Below are positions 48,753 through 61,081 of a stretch of 64,000 nt of DNA, piece after piece. The notes beneath the pieces are model-generated. The model was not told the origin of the DNA. It worked only from the letters and a program-made list of their open reading frames with translations, and made no database searches. Positions within the stretch are counted from its first letter, which is position 1, and each line of letters begins with the position of its first letter. The translations under genes and the position numbers were made by a program. Source of the stretch: Candidatus Eiseniibacteriota bacterium (GTDB lineage Bacteria > Eisenbacteria > RBG-16-71-46); assembly GCA_963725865.1 (NCBI GenBank), contig CAVSAC010000014.1:896001-960000 (forward strand), read 5' to 3'.

Positions 48753-48930
48753 TGTGGAAACGGTGTGGAAGAAGGGAGGCGCGACGCTGGACAAGCGGCT
48801 TTACCGCTTGGACTTATGCCAGCCCACATGAATGTTGATAAGTCGCCCATCAGATTTTCACACTCGTCTCCCCCACCTGGCCCCCGACCGCAGCCCAAGG
48901 GCACTTCGCGGTCCCGCCTTGTGTGGAAAA
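48753..48930. promoter_or_regulatory. DnaA-box cluster upstream of dnaA
   Basis: TGTGGAAAA (48922-48930, consensus TTTTCCACA on the reverse strand), plus TGTTGATAA, TGTGGAAAC, TGTGGAAGA and ATTTTCACA. Confidence 0.7.
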
Positions 48931-48959
48931 GTTGCGACCTTTCAGCAAGGACCGTTGAA

Positions 48960-50342
48960 ATGGCCGTCCACCCCGTGCTGTCGGACGAGTCCATCCGTCT
49001 CTGGGAACAAGTCCTCCTGTCCATCCGCGACAGGCTCGGGAGCCCTCAGGCTTTCGAGACTTGGTTCAAGCCCATCGTGCCTCGTGAGATGAGCGCCGGA
49101 TCGGTGGAGCTCGAAGTCCCCAATGCCTTCTTCGTGGACTGGATCCACGAACACCATCTACCGGCACTGCGCCAGTGCCTCACCGAAACGCTTGGCGCGA
49201 CCCCTGCGATCCACTTCTCGTCGCGCGAGAGCGCGGCCGTCCTGGAGCCGCCCGCAACATCAGCGGCCCCCTCGACTCCAACCCCTGCGCAACGGCCGAA
49301 TCGCGCCTGGCTCGAGAGCCAGCTCCACCCGCGGCTCACGTTCGACGGATTCGTGGTCGGCGGCAGCAACCGTTTCACGCACGCCGCCTGTCTCGCGGTC
49401 GCGGGCGCTCCGGGGCAGGTGTACAACCCATTGTTCATCTTCGGAGGCTGCGGTCTCGGCAAGACCCACCTGCTTCACGCGGTCGGTCACGCGGTGCGTC
49501 AGAAGCGTCCCGAGGCCCGCGTGTACTACGTGCCTGCGGAGCGATTCACGAACGAGATGATCTACGCGATCCAGCACGCCCAGACGCTGGCGTTCCGGAA
49601 CAAGTACCGCAACGTCGACGTTCTGCTGATCGACGACATTCAATTCCTCGCGGGAAAGGAGAGTACTCAGGAGGAGTTCTTCTATACCTTCAATGCGCTC
49701 CGCGACGCCCACAAGCAGGTCGTGGTCACGGCCGACAAGCCTCCGAAGGACATCCCGATGCTGGAGGAGCGGCTCACGTCGCGGTTCAATCAGGGACTGG
49801 TTACGGACATCCAGCAGCCGGATCTCGAGACGCGCATCGCGATCCTCCGCAATCGGAGTGCGCAGGAGGGCGGTGGTGTTCACCTGCCCGACGACGTCCT
49901 GCTGCTGATTGCAGACCGCATCCGCAACAATATCCGTGACCTCGAGGGATGTCTCGTGAGGCTCATCGCGGTGGCGTCCCTGACGCATCGCGAGATCTCG
50001 ACCGAGCTCGCCGAGGAAGTACTGCAGCATTACGTCAATCCCGAGCCCGACCATCTGACACCGGAACGCATCCTCACCGCGGTCGCGGACCGCTTCGGGG
50101 TGCGCGTCGACGCGATGTGCGGGGCCCGTCGGACGCGAACGGTGGTGCTGCCGCGACAGGTCTCGATGTACCTCCTTCGACAGCTCACTGAGCTGTCCTT
50201 GGTGGAGATCGGTCGCGCGTTCGGTGGTCGCGATCACACGACCGTGATCTACGCCTGCGATCGGGTGGCCGATCTGATCGCGCGCGACAACGCGTTCGCG
50301 GAGCGCATCAACGGGTTGATCTCCACGATCGCGTCGGGATGA
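48960..50342 (+). CDS. dnaA: Chromosomal replication initiator DnaA
   Basis: TFDGFVVG, YNPLFIFGGCGLGKTHL, LLIDDIQFL and FGGRDHTTV. Confidence 0.98.
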   Translation: MAVHPVLSDESIRLWEQVLLSIRDRLGSPQAFETWFKPIVPREMSAGSVELEVPNAFFVDWIHEHHLPALRQCLTETLGATPAIHFSSRESAAVLEPPATSAAPSTPTPAQRPNRAWLESQLHPRLTFDGFVVGGSNRFTHAACLAVAGAPGQVYNPLFIFGGCGLGKTHLLHAVGHAVRQKRPEARVYYVPAERFTNEMIYAIQHAQTLAFRNKYRNVDVLLIDDIQFLAGKESTQEEFFYTFNALRDAHKQVVVTADKPPKDIPMLEERLTSRFNQGLVTDIQQPDLETRIAILRNRSAQEGGGVHLPDDVLLLIADRIRNNIRDLEGCLVRLIAVASLTHREISTELAEEVLQHYVNPEPDHLTPERILTAVADRFGVRVDAMCGARRTRTVVLPRQVSMYLLRQLTELSLVEIGRAFGGRDHTTVIYACDRVADLIARDNAFAERINGLISTIASG

Positions 50343-50570
50343 GTGGTGGAATCTCGGTGGAGAGTTGGGGAGGAATCGGGTGTTCGAGTGGCAGGTGTGA
50401 CCATGTCGTCGAGAACCGCTCGCTTCTCCCCAGCTCGCTGTCTCGCCGCATCCCGTTGCTCGCAAACATGTTGCATGGCTGTCGCGGCGCTTCTCCACGA
50501 AGCTCACAGTGCCTACGATGACTAGCTTCTTTCTTATTACATCACAACAGATTAGAAGACCTATGAGCGG
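50343..50570 (+). other. Probable oriC unwinding region (dnaA-dnaN intergenic)
   Basis: Tandem degenerate DnaA boxes TTCTCCACG-AAGCTCACA, then GTGC, trio-like CTA-CGA-TGA-CTA and an AT-rich tract. Confidence 0.7.
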
Positions 50571-50704
50571 CCTCAAATCACTTGCGCGAGTCGAGGGGCG
50601 CGCCTAATATGCCGGGCGATGCCGTACGTGCCCCCATCAGCACACATCAGGCCCCCGGAACCGTAAACGGGACTTCGACTTCCCCCCAGGTAGGGAGTGA
50701 TCAG

Positions 50705-51853
50705 ATGGAGCTGACCATCCAGCAGGGCGACCTGGCCTTCGGTGTGGCCCGCGCCCTGGGATCGGTTTCGACCAAGAGCCCTCTTCCGCTTCTGAGCTGC
50801 ATCCTGCTCGAGGCCGAGAAGGGCGGGTTGCGGATCACCGGTACCGACCTCGATGTGACCACCTCGGTGGTGGTGCCGTGCACCGTCGCATCGCCGGGCA
50901 AGACGGCCATCTCGGCCCGCCACTTCAACGACGTCGTACGTAAGATCCCGAAGGGTGTGCTCGCGATCGCGATCGCAGGCCAGCAGTGCGAGGTGCGCTA
51001 CGGAGATGGCAAGGGCTGGTCCAAGTTCCCGACCCAGGACCCCGCCGACTTCCCGCGCATTCCGGAACTGCGGGGTGAGGCGAAAGTCTCGCTGCCGGGT
51101 GACGTGCTCTCGCGCCTCGTCACGCGGAGTCTCTACGCGACGTCGTCCGAGGAGACCCGCCCTCAGCTGAACGGCGTGCTCGTCCATGGCACCGACAAGC
51201 AGGTCGCGTTCGTCGCGACCGACGGTCATCGGCTCTCGAAGGCGACGCGCAAGGGCGGGTTCGCGGGTCTCTCGAAGGAGGGCGTGATCGTTCCGGGGCG
51301 TGCGCTCCAGGCCGTCAGCCGGGTCGCCGAGGAAGCCACCAGCCCGGTCGAGTTCGAAGTCGCGGGATCCAAGAACCAGGCGGCATTCGCGGCCCAGGTC
51401 GGCGAGTATCGCGTCCAGATCCTGACGCGGCTGCTGGAGGGACCGTATCCGAACTACGAGCAGGTGATCCCGCGCGACAACCCGAAGGAACTCAAGGTGC
51501 GGCGCGCCGACCTGATGGAGGCGGTCGACATCGTCTCCTCGCACGCGGACAACATCACGCGCCAGGTCCGGTTCTCGGTACGCGCCGGAAAGCTGGGGAT
51601 CTCGTCGGCCACCGAGCTGGGGGCAGGCGAACATCTGATCGCGGCCGAGTACGCGGGCGACGATCTCGAGATCGGATACAACGCGACCTACGTCCTCGAC
51701 ATGCTGAAATCGGTTCCGACCGAGCACGTGATGTTCCGCCTCAAGACCGCCCTCGCAGCCGGGGTGGTCGAACCGGTCGGTGCGCTGCCGCAAGCCGACG
51801 AGGATCTGTTGTGTCTCATCATGCCGCTGCGACTCCCGGACGCGGCGGGCTGA
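50705..51853 (+). CDS. dnaN: DNA polymerase III beta clamp
   Basis: TGTDLD, RPQLNGV, VATDGHRL, RLLEGPYPNYEQVIP and LIMPLR. Confidence 0.97.
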   Translation: MELTIQQGDLAFGVARALGSVSTKSPLPLLSCILLEAEKGGLRITGTDLDVTTSVVVPCTVASPGKTAISARHFNDVVRKIPKGVLAIAIAGQQCEVRYGDGKGWSKFPTQDPADFPRIPELRGEAKVSLPGDVLSRLVTRSLYATSSEETRPQLNGVLVHGTDKQVAFVATDGHRLSKATRKGGFAGLSKEGVIVPGRALQAVSRVAEEATSPVEFEVAGSKNQAAFAAQVGEYRVQILTRLLEGPYPNYEQVIPRDNPKELKVRRADLMEAVDIVSSHADNITRQVRFSVRAGKLGISSATELGAGEHLIAAEYAGDDLEIGYNATYVLDMLKSVPTEHVMFRLKTALAAGVVEPVGALPQADEDLLCLIMPLRLPDAAG

Positions 51854-51855
51854 GC

Positions 51856-54098
<2,243 letters not shown>

Positions 54099-54100
54099 CG

Positions 54101-54685
54101 ATGCCGATGCTTCGACGGATCCTGATCGTGGCGGCCGCGTTCGTCGTGGCGGCGGCGCCCGCGCACGCGATGCAACGCCCGGAGCTCCTGATGAGCGCCG
54201 GCGCGACCACGCTGGTGAACGGAGATCCCGGGGATGGCGGGGTGTCCCTGTCCATCAGCTCCATGTGGCCGGCCGACCCGCCATTCACGTTCGGCCTGAT
54301 GCTGTTCGCCGACGACTGTGGCACCGACCTCGGCCGCCTCTACGATCAGCACGATGGCGTCGATCTCGGCACGGTCGAGACCCGACATCGATTCGCCTAT
54401 GGCGCCGCCTGGAGAGCCGACGCGGCATTGCCCGGTGTGGGACGCTGGGCGCCGTTCGCGAGCGCGACCTGGGGCGCGTATCGACTGCAGGACGATGCCC
54501 GCGGCGACGTGCTCGACGCCAAGACCTCGACCGGCTTCAGCATCGGGGCCGGCGTGCGCCGGCCGTTCCTCGGCAGCGGAGCGCTCGGGGTGTCGGCGCG
54601 CTGGCACGCGGTGGAACGCGGCCCGAGCACCGGCTGGCTGAGCGCGGGACTGGACTGGCAGTGGTATCTCGGCCGGCGCCCCTGA
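54101..54685 (+). CDS. Hypothetical exported protein, probable small beta-barrel
   Basis: Signal peptide ending AHA; alternating strands such as WAPFASATWGAY and GFSIGAGVR. Confidence 0.65.
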   Translation: MPMLRRILIVAAAFVVAAAPAHAMQRPELLMSAGATTLVNGDPGDGGVSLSISSMWPADPPFTFGLMLFADDCGTDLGRLYDQHDGVDLGTVETRHRFAYGAAWRADAALPGVGRWAPFASATWGAYRLQDDARGDVLDAKTSTGFSIGAGVRRPFLGSGALGVSARWHAVERGPSTGWLSAGLDWQWYLGRRP

Positions 54686-54804
54686 GGCACGACAAGGCGC
54701 GCGGCGTTCGGCTCGGCTCCACGCGCGCGGACAGGAGGTCCGCGGCGCACGACCTCAACGCGAGCCGCGTCCGGCGACGGACGCGGTGAGGCAGGACGGA
54801 AACG

Positions 54805-57336
54805 ATGGCACTCAACGATCGCTCGAAGGTCGTCGACACGAACATCGAAGAGGAGATGAAGACCTCGTACATCGACTATTCGATGTCGGTCATCGTCTCT
54901 CGCGCCCTTCCCGATGTCCGCGACGGCCTCAAGCCGTCGCAGCGGCGCATCCTGGTCGCGATGAACGACCTCAACCTGGCGCCCGGCCGACCCTACCGCA
55001 AGTGCGCGAAGATCGCCGGCGACACGTCGGGCAACTACCACCCTCACGGTGAGCAGGTCGTCTATCCGACGCTCGTGCGGCTCGCGCAGGAATGGGTGAT
55101 GCGCTATCCGCTCGTCGACGGCCAGGGCAACTTCGGCTCGATCGACGGCGACGCGCCCGCGGCCATGCGCTACACGGAGGCGCGGCTGACCCCGCTCGCG
55201 GTCGAGATGCTGAACGACCTCGAGAAGAACACCGTCGACTTCCGCCCGAACTACGACGAGACCCGCGAGGAGCCCACCGTCCTTCCGGGCGTGGTGCCGA
55301 ACCTGCTCGTCAACGGCTGCTCCGGCATCGCCGTGGGCATGGCGACCGAGGTCCCGCCGCACAACCTCGGAGAGATCTGCGACGCGATCGTGCACGTCAT
55401 CGACCACCCGGAGTCCGAGCTCGTCGATCTGCTGAAGATCGTGAAGGGCCCCGACTTCCCGACCGGCGGGATCATCTACGGCACGCAGGGCATTCGCGAC
55501 TGCTACCTGACCGGTCGCGGCCTGATGAGGATGCGGGCGCGCGTGCAGGTGGAGGAGGGGCGCCAGGGACGCATGAGTCTCGTGGCGACCGAAATCCCTT
55601 TCCAGGTCAACAAGGCGGCGCTGCTGGAGCGCATCGCCGACATGGTGCGCGACGGCAAGATCACGGGCATCAGCGACCTGCGCGACGAATCCGATCGCGA
55701 GGGCATGCGCATCGTGATCGAGCTCAAGAAGGACGCGAATCCGAAGGTCGTGCTCAACCAGTTGTTCGTGCACTCCCCGCTGCAGAGCACGTTCGGGGCG
55801 ATCATGCTCGCGCTGGTCGACAACCGTCCGCAGGTGATGAACCTGCGCACGCTGATCGACCAGTACGTCGCGCATCGTCGCATCGTGGTCCGCCGCCGGA
55901 CGGAATACGATCTCGCCGAGGCGGAGCGCCGGGCGCACATCCTCGAAGGACTCAAGATCGCCCTCGACCATCTCGACGCGGTGATCGCCCTGATCCGTGC
56001 GTCGAAGGACGTCGAGTCCGCGCGCCAGGGCCTGATGTCGCAGTTCAAGCTCAGCGAGATCCAGGCGAACGCGATCCTCGAGATGCGGCTCCAGCGGCTC
56101 ACCGCGCTGGAGCGTTCCAAGATCGAGGCCGAGTACCTCGAGGTCATCCAGCTCATCGAGCAGCTGCGGTCGATCCTCGCGAGCGAGCAGAAGATGCTTG
56201 CGATCATCCAGGACGAGGTGCGGCGCCTGAAGGAGCGGTTCGGCGACGAGCGGCGCACGCAGATCGTGACCGAAGAGGGCGAGATCGGCTACGAGGACAC
56301 CATCGAGCAGAAGGACATGGTGATCACGATCTCGCACGCCGGCTACATCAAGCGCCAGGAGATCACCGCGTACCGCTCGCAGCGCCGCGGCGGAAAGGGA
56401 GTGATCGGGGCGCGGACCAAGGACGAGGACTACATCGAGCACCTGTTCGTCGCGAACACCCACGCCTACCTGCTGTTCCTCACCGACCGCGGGCGCTGCT
56501 ACTGGCTCAAGGTCCACGAGGTCGAACAGGCGGGCCGGATGGCGCGAGGGCGCCCGCTCGTGAACCACCTCGAGGGCCTGAGTCGCGAGGAGCGCGTGCA
56601 GGCGGTCGTGGCGGTGAAGGAGTTCGACGAGCAGCACTTCCTCGTCTGTGCGACCCGCAAGGGGCTCATCAAGAAGACGGTGCTGTCGGCCTACGGCAAT
56701 CCGCGCAAGGGCGGCATCAACGCGGTGCTGCTCGAGGAGGGCGACGGCGTCATCGAGGCGATCCTCACCGATGGAACGCAGGATCTCATCCTCGCGAAGA
56801 AGAAGGGCCTCGCGATCCGCTTCCACGAAAGCGAGGTGCGGGCCATGGGCCGCACCGCGTATGGCGTGAAGGCGGTCACGCTCGACGACGACCAGGACGA
56901 GGTCGTCAGTATGGTGAGCGTCAAGCGCCAGGCGACGCTGCTGGCGGTCACCGAGAACGGCTACGGCAAGCGCAGCGAGATCTCGGACTACCGGGTCTCG
57001 CACCGCGGCGGCAAGGGGATCATCACCATCAAGACCACGGAGCGGAACGGCTACGTGGTCGCCGTCAAGGAAGTCGTGGACGGTGACGAGCTCATGATCG
57101 TGACCCGTTCCGGGCAGCTGATCCGCATGCCGGTGAAGGGCATCTCGGTGATGGGCCGGAACACGCAGGGCGTGCGCCTGGTGAACCTGCACGCCGAGGA
57201 AGGCCAGTTGCTCCCGGACACCGTCGCCGGGGTGACGCGCGTGGTGTCCGAGGAAGAGGACGACGCCGGTGGCGATGCCGGCGATGCCGGGAGCACCGGC
57301 GACACCGTTCCGGAAGGAGAGAGCACCGAGTCGTGA
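54805..57336 (+). CDS. gyrA: DNA gyrase subunit A
   Basis: [26 protein letters not shown] and GyrA-box QRRGGKG. Confidence 0.98.
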   Translation: MALNDRSKVVDTNIEEEMKTSYIDYSMSVIVSRALPDVRDGLKPSQRRILVAMNDLNLAPGRPYRKCAKIAGDTSGNYHPHGEQVVYPTLVRLAQEWVMRYPLVDGQGNFGSIDGDAPAAMRYTEARLTPLAVEMLNDLEKNTVDFRPNYDETREEPTVLPGVVPNLLVNGCSGIAVGMATEVPPHNLGEICDAIVHVIDHPESELVDLLKIVKGPDFPTGGIIYGTQGIRDCYLTGRGLMRMRARVQVEEGRQGRMSLVATEIPFQVNKAALLERIADMVRDGKITGISDLRDESDREGMRIVIELKKDANPKVVLNQLFVHSPLQSTFGAIMLALVDNRPQVMNLRTLIDQYVAHRRIVVRRRTEYDLAEAERRAHILEGLKIALDHLDAVIALIRASKDVESARQGLMSQFKLSEIQANAILEMRLQRLTALERSKIEAEYLEVIQLIEQLRSILASEQKMLAIIQDEVRRLKERFGDERRTQIVTEEGEIGYEDTIEQKDMVITISHAGYIKRQEITAYRSQRRGGKGVIGARTKDEDYIEHLFVANTHAYLLFLTDRGRCYWLKVHEVEQAGRMARGRPLVNHLEGLSREERVQAVVAVKEFDEQHFLVCATRKGLIKKTVLSAYGNPRKGGINAVLLEEGDGVIEAILTDGTQDLILAKKKGLAIRFHESEVRAMGRTAYGVKAVTLDDDQDEVVSMVSVKRQATLLAVTENGYGKRSEISDYRVSHRGGKGIITIKTTERNGYVVAVKEVVDGDELMIVTRSGQLIRMPVKGISVMGRNTQGVRLVNLHAEEGQLLPDTVAGVTRVVSEEEDDAGGDAGDAGSTGDTVPEGESTES

Positions 57337-57425
57337 GCGAGCGGGAGCGGGCCCCGATGACCCGCTCTCGGCGCCCGCCCCGCGCCGACGCGGGGCTCGC
57401 CCATGGCGACCGGGCCGCCCAACCC

Positions 57426-58073
57426 ATGATCCACATCTCCGATTCGACCGTCCGTCGTCTCTCGCACTACTACCGCGTGCTCGGGGAGCTCGAAGCCGAG
57501 GGCCGGCGCGTGGTCTCCTCCCACCGGCTCGCCGAGAGCGAAGGCATCACGTCCGCCCAGGTGCGCAAGGATCTGTCGTACTTCGGCTCGTTCGGCCGCC
57601 GCGGGCTCGGGTACAACGTCGCCCATCTGCGGACCGAGATCCGCTCGATCCTCGGGCTCGATCGGCGCTGGCGGGTCGCGCTGGTCGGAGCGGGGCACAT
57701 CGGGGCGGCGCTCGCCAACTACCGCGGCTTCGAGCGCCAGGGATTCGACATCGTCGGGGTGTTCGACTCCGATCCCGCTCGTGCCGGTCAGACCCTGGCC
57801 GGGCAGGTCGTGCGGCCGTTCGCGGCGTTGACCCCCGCCACTGGCGAGCCGGACTACGACATCGGCGTCATCGCGACCCCGATGTCCTCCGCCCAGGAGG
57901 TCGCCGACGCGCTGGTCGCGACCGGCGTTCGCGCCATCTTGAACTTCGCCCCGCGGAAGCTACAGGTGCCCGTCCACGTGGTGGTGAGCACGGTGGACAT
58001 GACGATGGAGCTGGAGGGGCTGTCGTTCGCGTTGACGCGTGAGCGGGCGCCGCGTCGGCGCGGCCGCGCATGA
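57426..58073 (+). CDS. rex: Redox-sensing transcriptional repressor Rex
   Basis: RRLSHY, QVRKDLSYFG..G.RGLGY, VGAGHIG and ILNFAP; start could be further upstream (57333). Confidence 0.95.
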   Translation: MIHISDSTVRRLSHYYRVLGELEAEGRRVVSSHRLAESEGITSAQVRKDLSYFGSFGRRGLGYNVAHLRTEIRSILGLDRRWRVALVGAGHIGAALANYRGFERQGFDIVGVFDSDPARAGQTLAGQVVRPFAALTPATGEPDYDIGVIATPMSSAQEVADALVATGVRAILNFAPRKLQVPVHVVVSTVDMTMELEGLSFALTRERAPRRRGRA

Positions 58074-58969
58074 GCGCCGCGAGCGCGCAGGTCACCGCGC
58101 GCCACGCGACGCTGTCGATGGTCCTCGCGACGCTCCTGTGGGGCGCCACGTTCGTCGTCCTGCGGGACATCCTCGTGCGGGTCTCCCCGTACGCGCTCGT
58201 GTTCACGCGTTTCGCCGCGGCGGCGGTCGCGCTCGCGCTGGTGCTCGCCGTACGACGCCGATGGCCCTCGCGGACGGATCTGGTCGGCGGCGTGGTCACC
58301 GGAACGCTTACCGCGGGCGGCTACCTGTTCCAGGCGATCGGGCTCCGCACGGCCTCGGCCGGCACCTCCGCGTTCCTGACCTGCACCGGCACGCTGTTCG
58401 CCGCGCTGTTCGCGTGGCCGCTGTTGCGGCAGCGCCCCAGCGGCACGCTGGCGCTCGGGCTCGGGATCGCCGCGGCCGGATCGGCTCTGCTGTCGTCCCA
58501 CCGCGACCTGCGCCTGGGCCCGGGCGAGCTGTGGACCCTGCTCGGGGCCCTCGCGTACGCGCTCCAGATCGTCGCGGTCGCGCGGATCGCGGTCCGAGCC
58601 GACGCGGTCACGCTCGCGATGGGACAGGCGGCGACCGTGGCGCTGCTGGCGTGGCCGTTCGCCGGCTTCCCGCGCCCGCTGATGCCGGCGCTGGCGGGCG
58701 CCGACGTCGCGCGGCTCGGCTACCTCGTGCTCGCGGGATCGGTGCTGGCGCCGATGCTGCAGATCCGGGCGCAGCGCGCGCTGCCGGCCGGCCGTATCGG
58801 CCTGCTGTTCGCCCTCGAGCCGGTGTTCGCGCTCGCGTTCGCGCTCACGGTGGGAGGGGAGCGCTTCGTGGGGCAGTGGTGGCTCGGGGCGGCGCTCATC
58901 CTCGCCGCCGTCGTGCTGGTGGAGTGGCGTTCGGGGCGGCAGGAAGCGGCTCGGACAGCCAGCGCGTGA
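58070..58969 (+). CDS. DMT/EamA family transporter
   Basis: LWGATFV, TSAFLT and LEPVFA; about 10 TM segments. Confidence 0.9.
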   Translation: MSAASAQVTARHATLSMVLATLLWGATFVVLRDILVRVSPYALVFTRFAAAAVALALVLAVRRRWPSRTDLVGGVVTGTLTAGGYLFQAIGLRTASAGTSAFLTCTGTLFAALFAWPLLRQRPSGTLALGLGIAAAGSALLSSHRDLRLGPGELWTLLGALAYALQIVAVARIAVRADAVTLAMGQAATVALLAWPFAGFPRPLMPALAGADVARLGYLVLAGSVLAPMLQIRAQRALPAGRIGLLFALEPVFALAFALTVGGERFVGQWWLGAALILAAVVLVEWRSGRQEAARTASA

Positions 58970-60344
58970 GCCGTTCGCGACACGCCGCATCCGCCCGCCA
59001 CTGCTCGAGGCCGGTGGGCGCGAGCTGCGTCTCGGAGAGGCGTGCGTGTCCGGCGGCGCCGACCCGGAACAGCGCGTCGGAGAAGTCATAGGCGCCGAGG
59101 TAGTCCTCGGGCGCGATCTGCACGAACACGGCGGCCTGGCGGCCGGCGAGCTCCGCGAGCGCGGGCGCGCGCATCTCGTCGGGCCCCGCGGGACTGGTGA
59201 GCACGACCGCGCGCACCCGGGCGTCGCGCGCCGCCGCACGCGCGGCGATCGCGACCGAGCTGCCATCCGCCGCGAGCAGCACCCGCGTCGTGTCGCAGCC
59301 GCGGGCGCGCGCGAGGACGCGCACCGCCACCGCGACGTCGCCCGCGCCCGCGGTGGTCCAGGCCTCGGGGCGCTCCTCGACCGCCCAGGTTCCCGGCCAC
59401 TCGGGGCTGACCGAGTGACCCGATCCGCGCGGCTGGAGGGTCATGACCGCGTATCCGGCCCCCGCCAGTCGCTCCGCCAGCGAGTCGGCGGCGACCAGCG
59501 CTTCACCGGGGGCCAGGATCACCACCGCCGCGCGCGCGAGCCCGGCGCCCGCCGCGGGTCGGGTCGCGCCCACGAGCGCCACGCCGTCGGTGCCCGCGAA
59601 GGTGATCGGCGCGGCGCCGCGCGCGGACAGCTCGCGGAGCTCGGCGGCGTCGGCGACGTGCGACTGGCGGCCGATCGCGTCGCGCACGCGCGACTCCTCG
59701 ATCAATCCCCCGAGCAACGCCTGGAGCACCTCGACATCGTGTCCGCGCGACGAGCTCGCGAGCCGCAACAGGACATCGCGCGCAGCCGCCCGATCGGAGA
59801 GCTCGCTCGAGCGCGCGAGCGCCAGCGCCTGCCGCCGGCGCGCGCCGGGAGCATCGCCGCGGGGCTGATAGTCGCGCCACACGACGAGCGCGCTGTCGGC
59901 ACGCCCGAGCCGCTCGAGCGCCCGCGCGAGCCACGGCGACAGCGCCGCCCGATCCGCGGGGGCCTCCGTGCCCGCGAGCGTGGTCACGAGGCAGGCGCGC
60001 GCGGCCAACGCATCGCCCGGGCGTCCCCGCTCCAGCAGCGCCTGTGCCAGCGATGCCGCGGCCTCGACCGAGGCCTGGGTCGCGAACGAACGGGAGAGCG
60101 CCTCCACCGCACTGTCGGCGAGCCCGGCGCGCAGCGCGCTGCGCCCCAGCACCGTGAGGGCACGGGCGGCCTGATCGGGATCCTTGGCCGCGATGCTGCC
60201 GGCGTGCGCGGCGAGTCGCGCGCGCAGCTCGGCAGCGCGCTGCGGCTCGAGCAGCAGGCGGTCGAGCGCGGTGATGGGCGCGGCCGTCGCCACGGTGGTC
60301 AGGAGCGTGGCGAGGGCGAGGGCGCACCAGCGGACGGGTCTCAT
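58896..60344 (-). CDS. Exported TPR-like plus degenerate alpha/beta-hydrolase-fold protein
   Basis: Signal peptide; helical N-half; C-half DGVALVG, LAERLAGAGYAV and PRGSGHS; start overlaps the ABC ATPase stop. Confidence 0.65.
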   Translation of the reverse strand: MRPVRWCALALATLLTTVATAAPITALDRLLLEPQRAAELRARLAAHAGSIAAKDPDQAARALTVLGRSALRAGLADSAVEALSRSFATQASVEAAASLAQALLERGRPGDALAARACLVTTLAGTEAPADRAALSPWLARALERLGRADSALVVWRDYQPRGDAPGARRRQALALARSSELSDRAAARDVLLRLASSSRGHDVEVLQALLGGLIEESRVRDAIGRQSHVADAAELRELSARGAAPITFAGTDGVALVGATRPAAGAGLARAAVVILAPGEALVAADSLAERLAGAGYAVMTLQPRGSGHSVSPEWPGTWAVEERPEAWTTAGAGDVAVAVRVLARARGCDTTRVLLAADGSSVAIAARAAARDARVRAVVLTSPAGPDEMRAPALAELAGRQAAVFVQIAPEDYLGAYDFSDALFRVGAAGHARLSETQLAPTGLEQWRADAACRERLTRWLSEPLPAAPNATPPARRRRG

Positions 60345-61081
60345 CGGATCTCCGAGGTGGGTGCGGGACGGGCGATGGCGAGGTAGGCCTGTTCGAGGGG
60401 CGAGAGCCCGGGCTCGCGTCCGCCCCACTCGGAGCGGTCCAGCGTGCGCGCCACCCGGCCCTCGTGCAGCACCACGACGCGGTCGCACAGCCGCTCGATG
60501 GTCTCGGTGACGTGGCTCGAGAACAGCACGGCGGTCCCCGCCGCCGCGAGGTCGCGCAGCTCCTGTTTGGCGGCCAGCGCCGCCGAGGCGTCGAGCCCCT
60601 CGAGGGCCTCGTCACACAGCAGCACCGCGGGGCGGTGGAGCACCGCGGCGACCAGCGAGAGCTTCTTGCGCATGCCGTGCGAGAAGCGTCGCACCGGTTC
60701 GTCGGTGCGGCCTGCGAGGCCGAACGCGCCGGCCAGCGCGCGGACACGCGTCTCGGCCGCGGCGGGCTCGAGCCCGCGGACCGACGCGACGAACGCGAGG
60801 TACTCGTCCGCAGAGAGCTCCTCGTAGAACGTGGGCTCCTCGGCGGCGTAGCCGAGGAGCCGCTTGGCCGCGGGCGGATCCGCCCACAGGTCGACGCCGG
60901 CCACGCGCACCTGCCCATCGTCGGGCGGCTGGAGGCCGGCCGCGGTGCGCAGCAGGGTGCTCTTGCCGGCGCCGTTCGCGCCGAGCAGTCCGACGATCGA
61001 CCCTGGCGCGACCACGAACGACACCGCATCGAGGGCCCGCAAGGCCCCATAGGAGCGCGTGAGGTCGCGGATCTCGAGCAT
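60341..61081 (-). CDS. ABC-2 type transporter ATP-binding protein
   Basis: GANGAGKST, FSHGMRKK, CDEALEGLD and FSSH. Confidence 0.92.
   Translation of the reverse strand: MLEIRDLTRSYGALRALDAVSFVVAPGSIVGLLGANGAGKSTLLRTAAGLQPPDDGQVRVAGVDLWADPPAAKRLLGYAAEEPTFYEELSADEYLAFVASVRGLEPAAAETRVRALAGAFGLAGRTDEPVRRFSHGMRKKLSLVAAVLHRPAVLLCDEALEGLDASAALAAKQELRDLAAAGTAVLFSSHVTETIERLCDRVVVLHEGRVARTLDRSEWGGREPGLSPLEQAYLAIARPAPTSEIR

Noticed and set aside
48765..48959. N-terminal extensions of DnaA (from 48765) and DnaN (from 50582) in the ORF track
   Set aside because: They run through regulatory or origin DNA; recognisable protein starts at 48960 and 50705
48686..49024. 112-aa minus-strand ORF upstream of dnaA as a possible rpmH/rnpA
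   Set aside because: No similarity to L34 or RnpA; it overlaps DnaA boxes and the dnaA start
54686..58073. Rex operator (TTGTGAA-n4-TTCACAA) or parS site near rex/oriC
   Set aside because: No convincing match seen by eye
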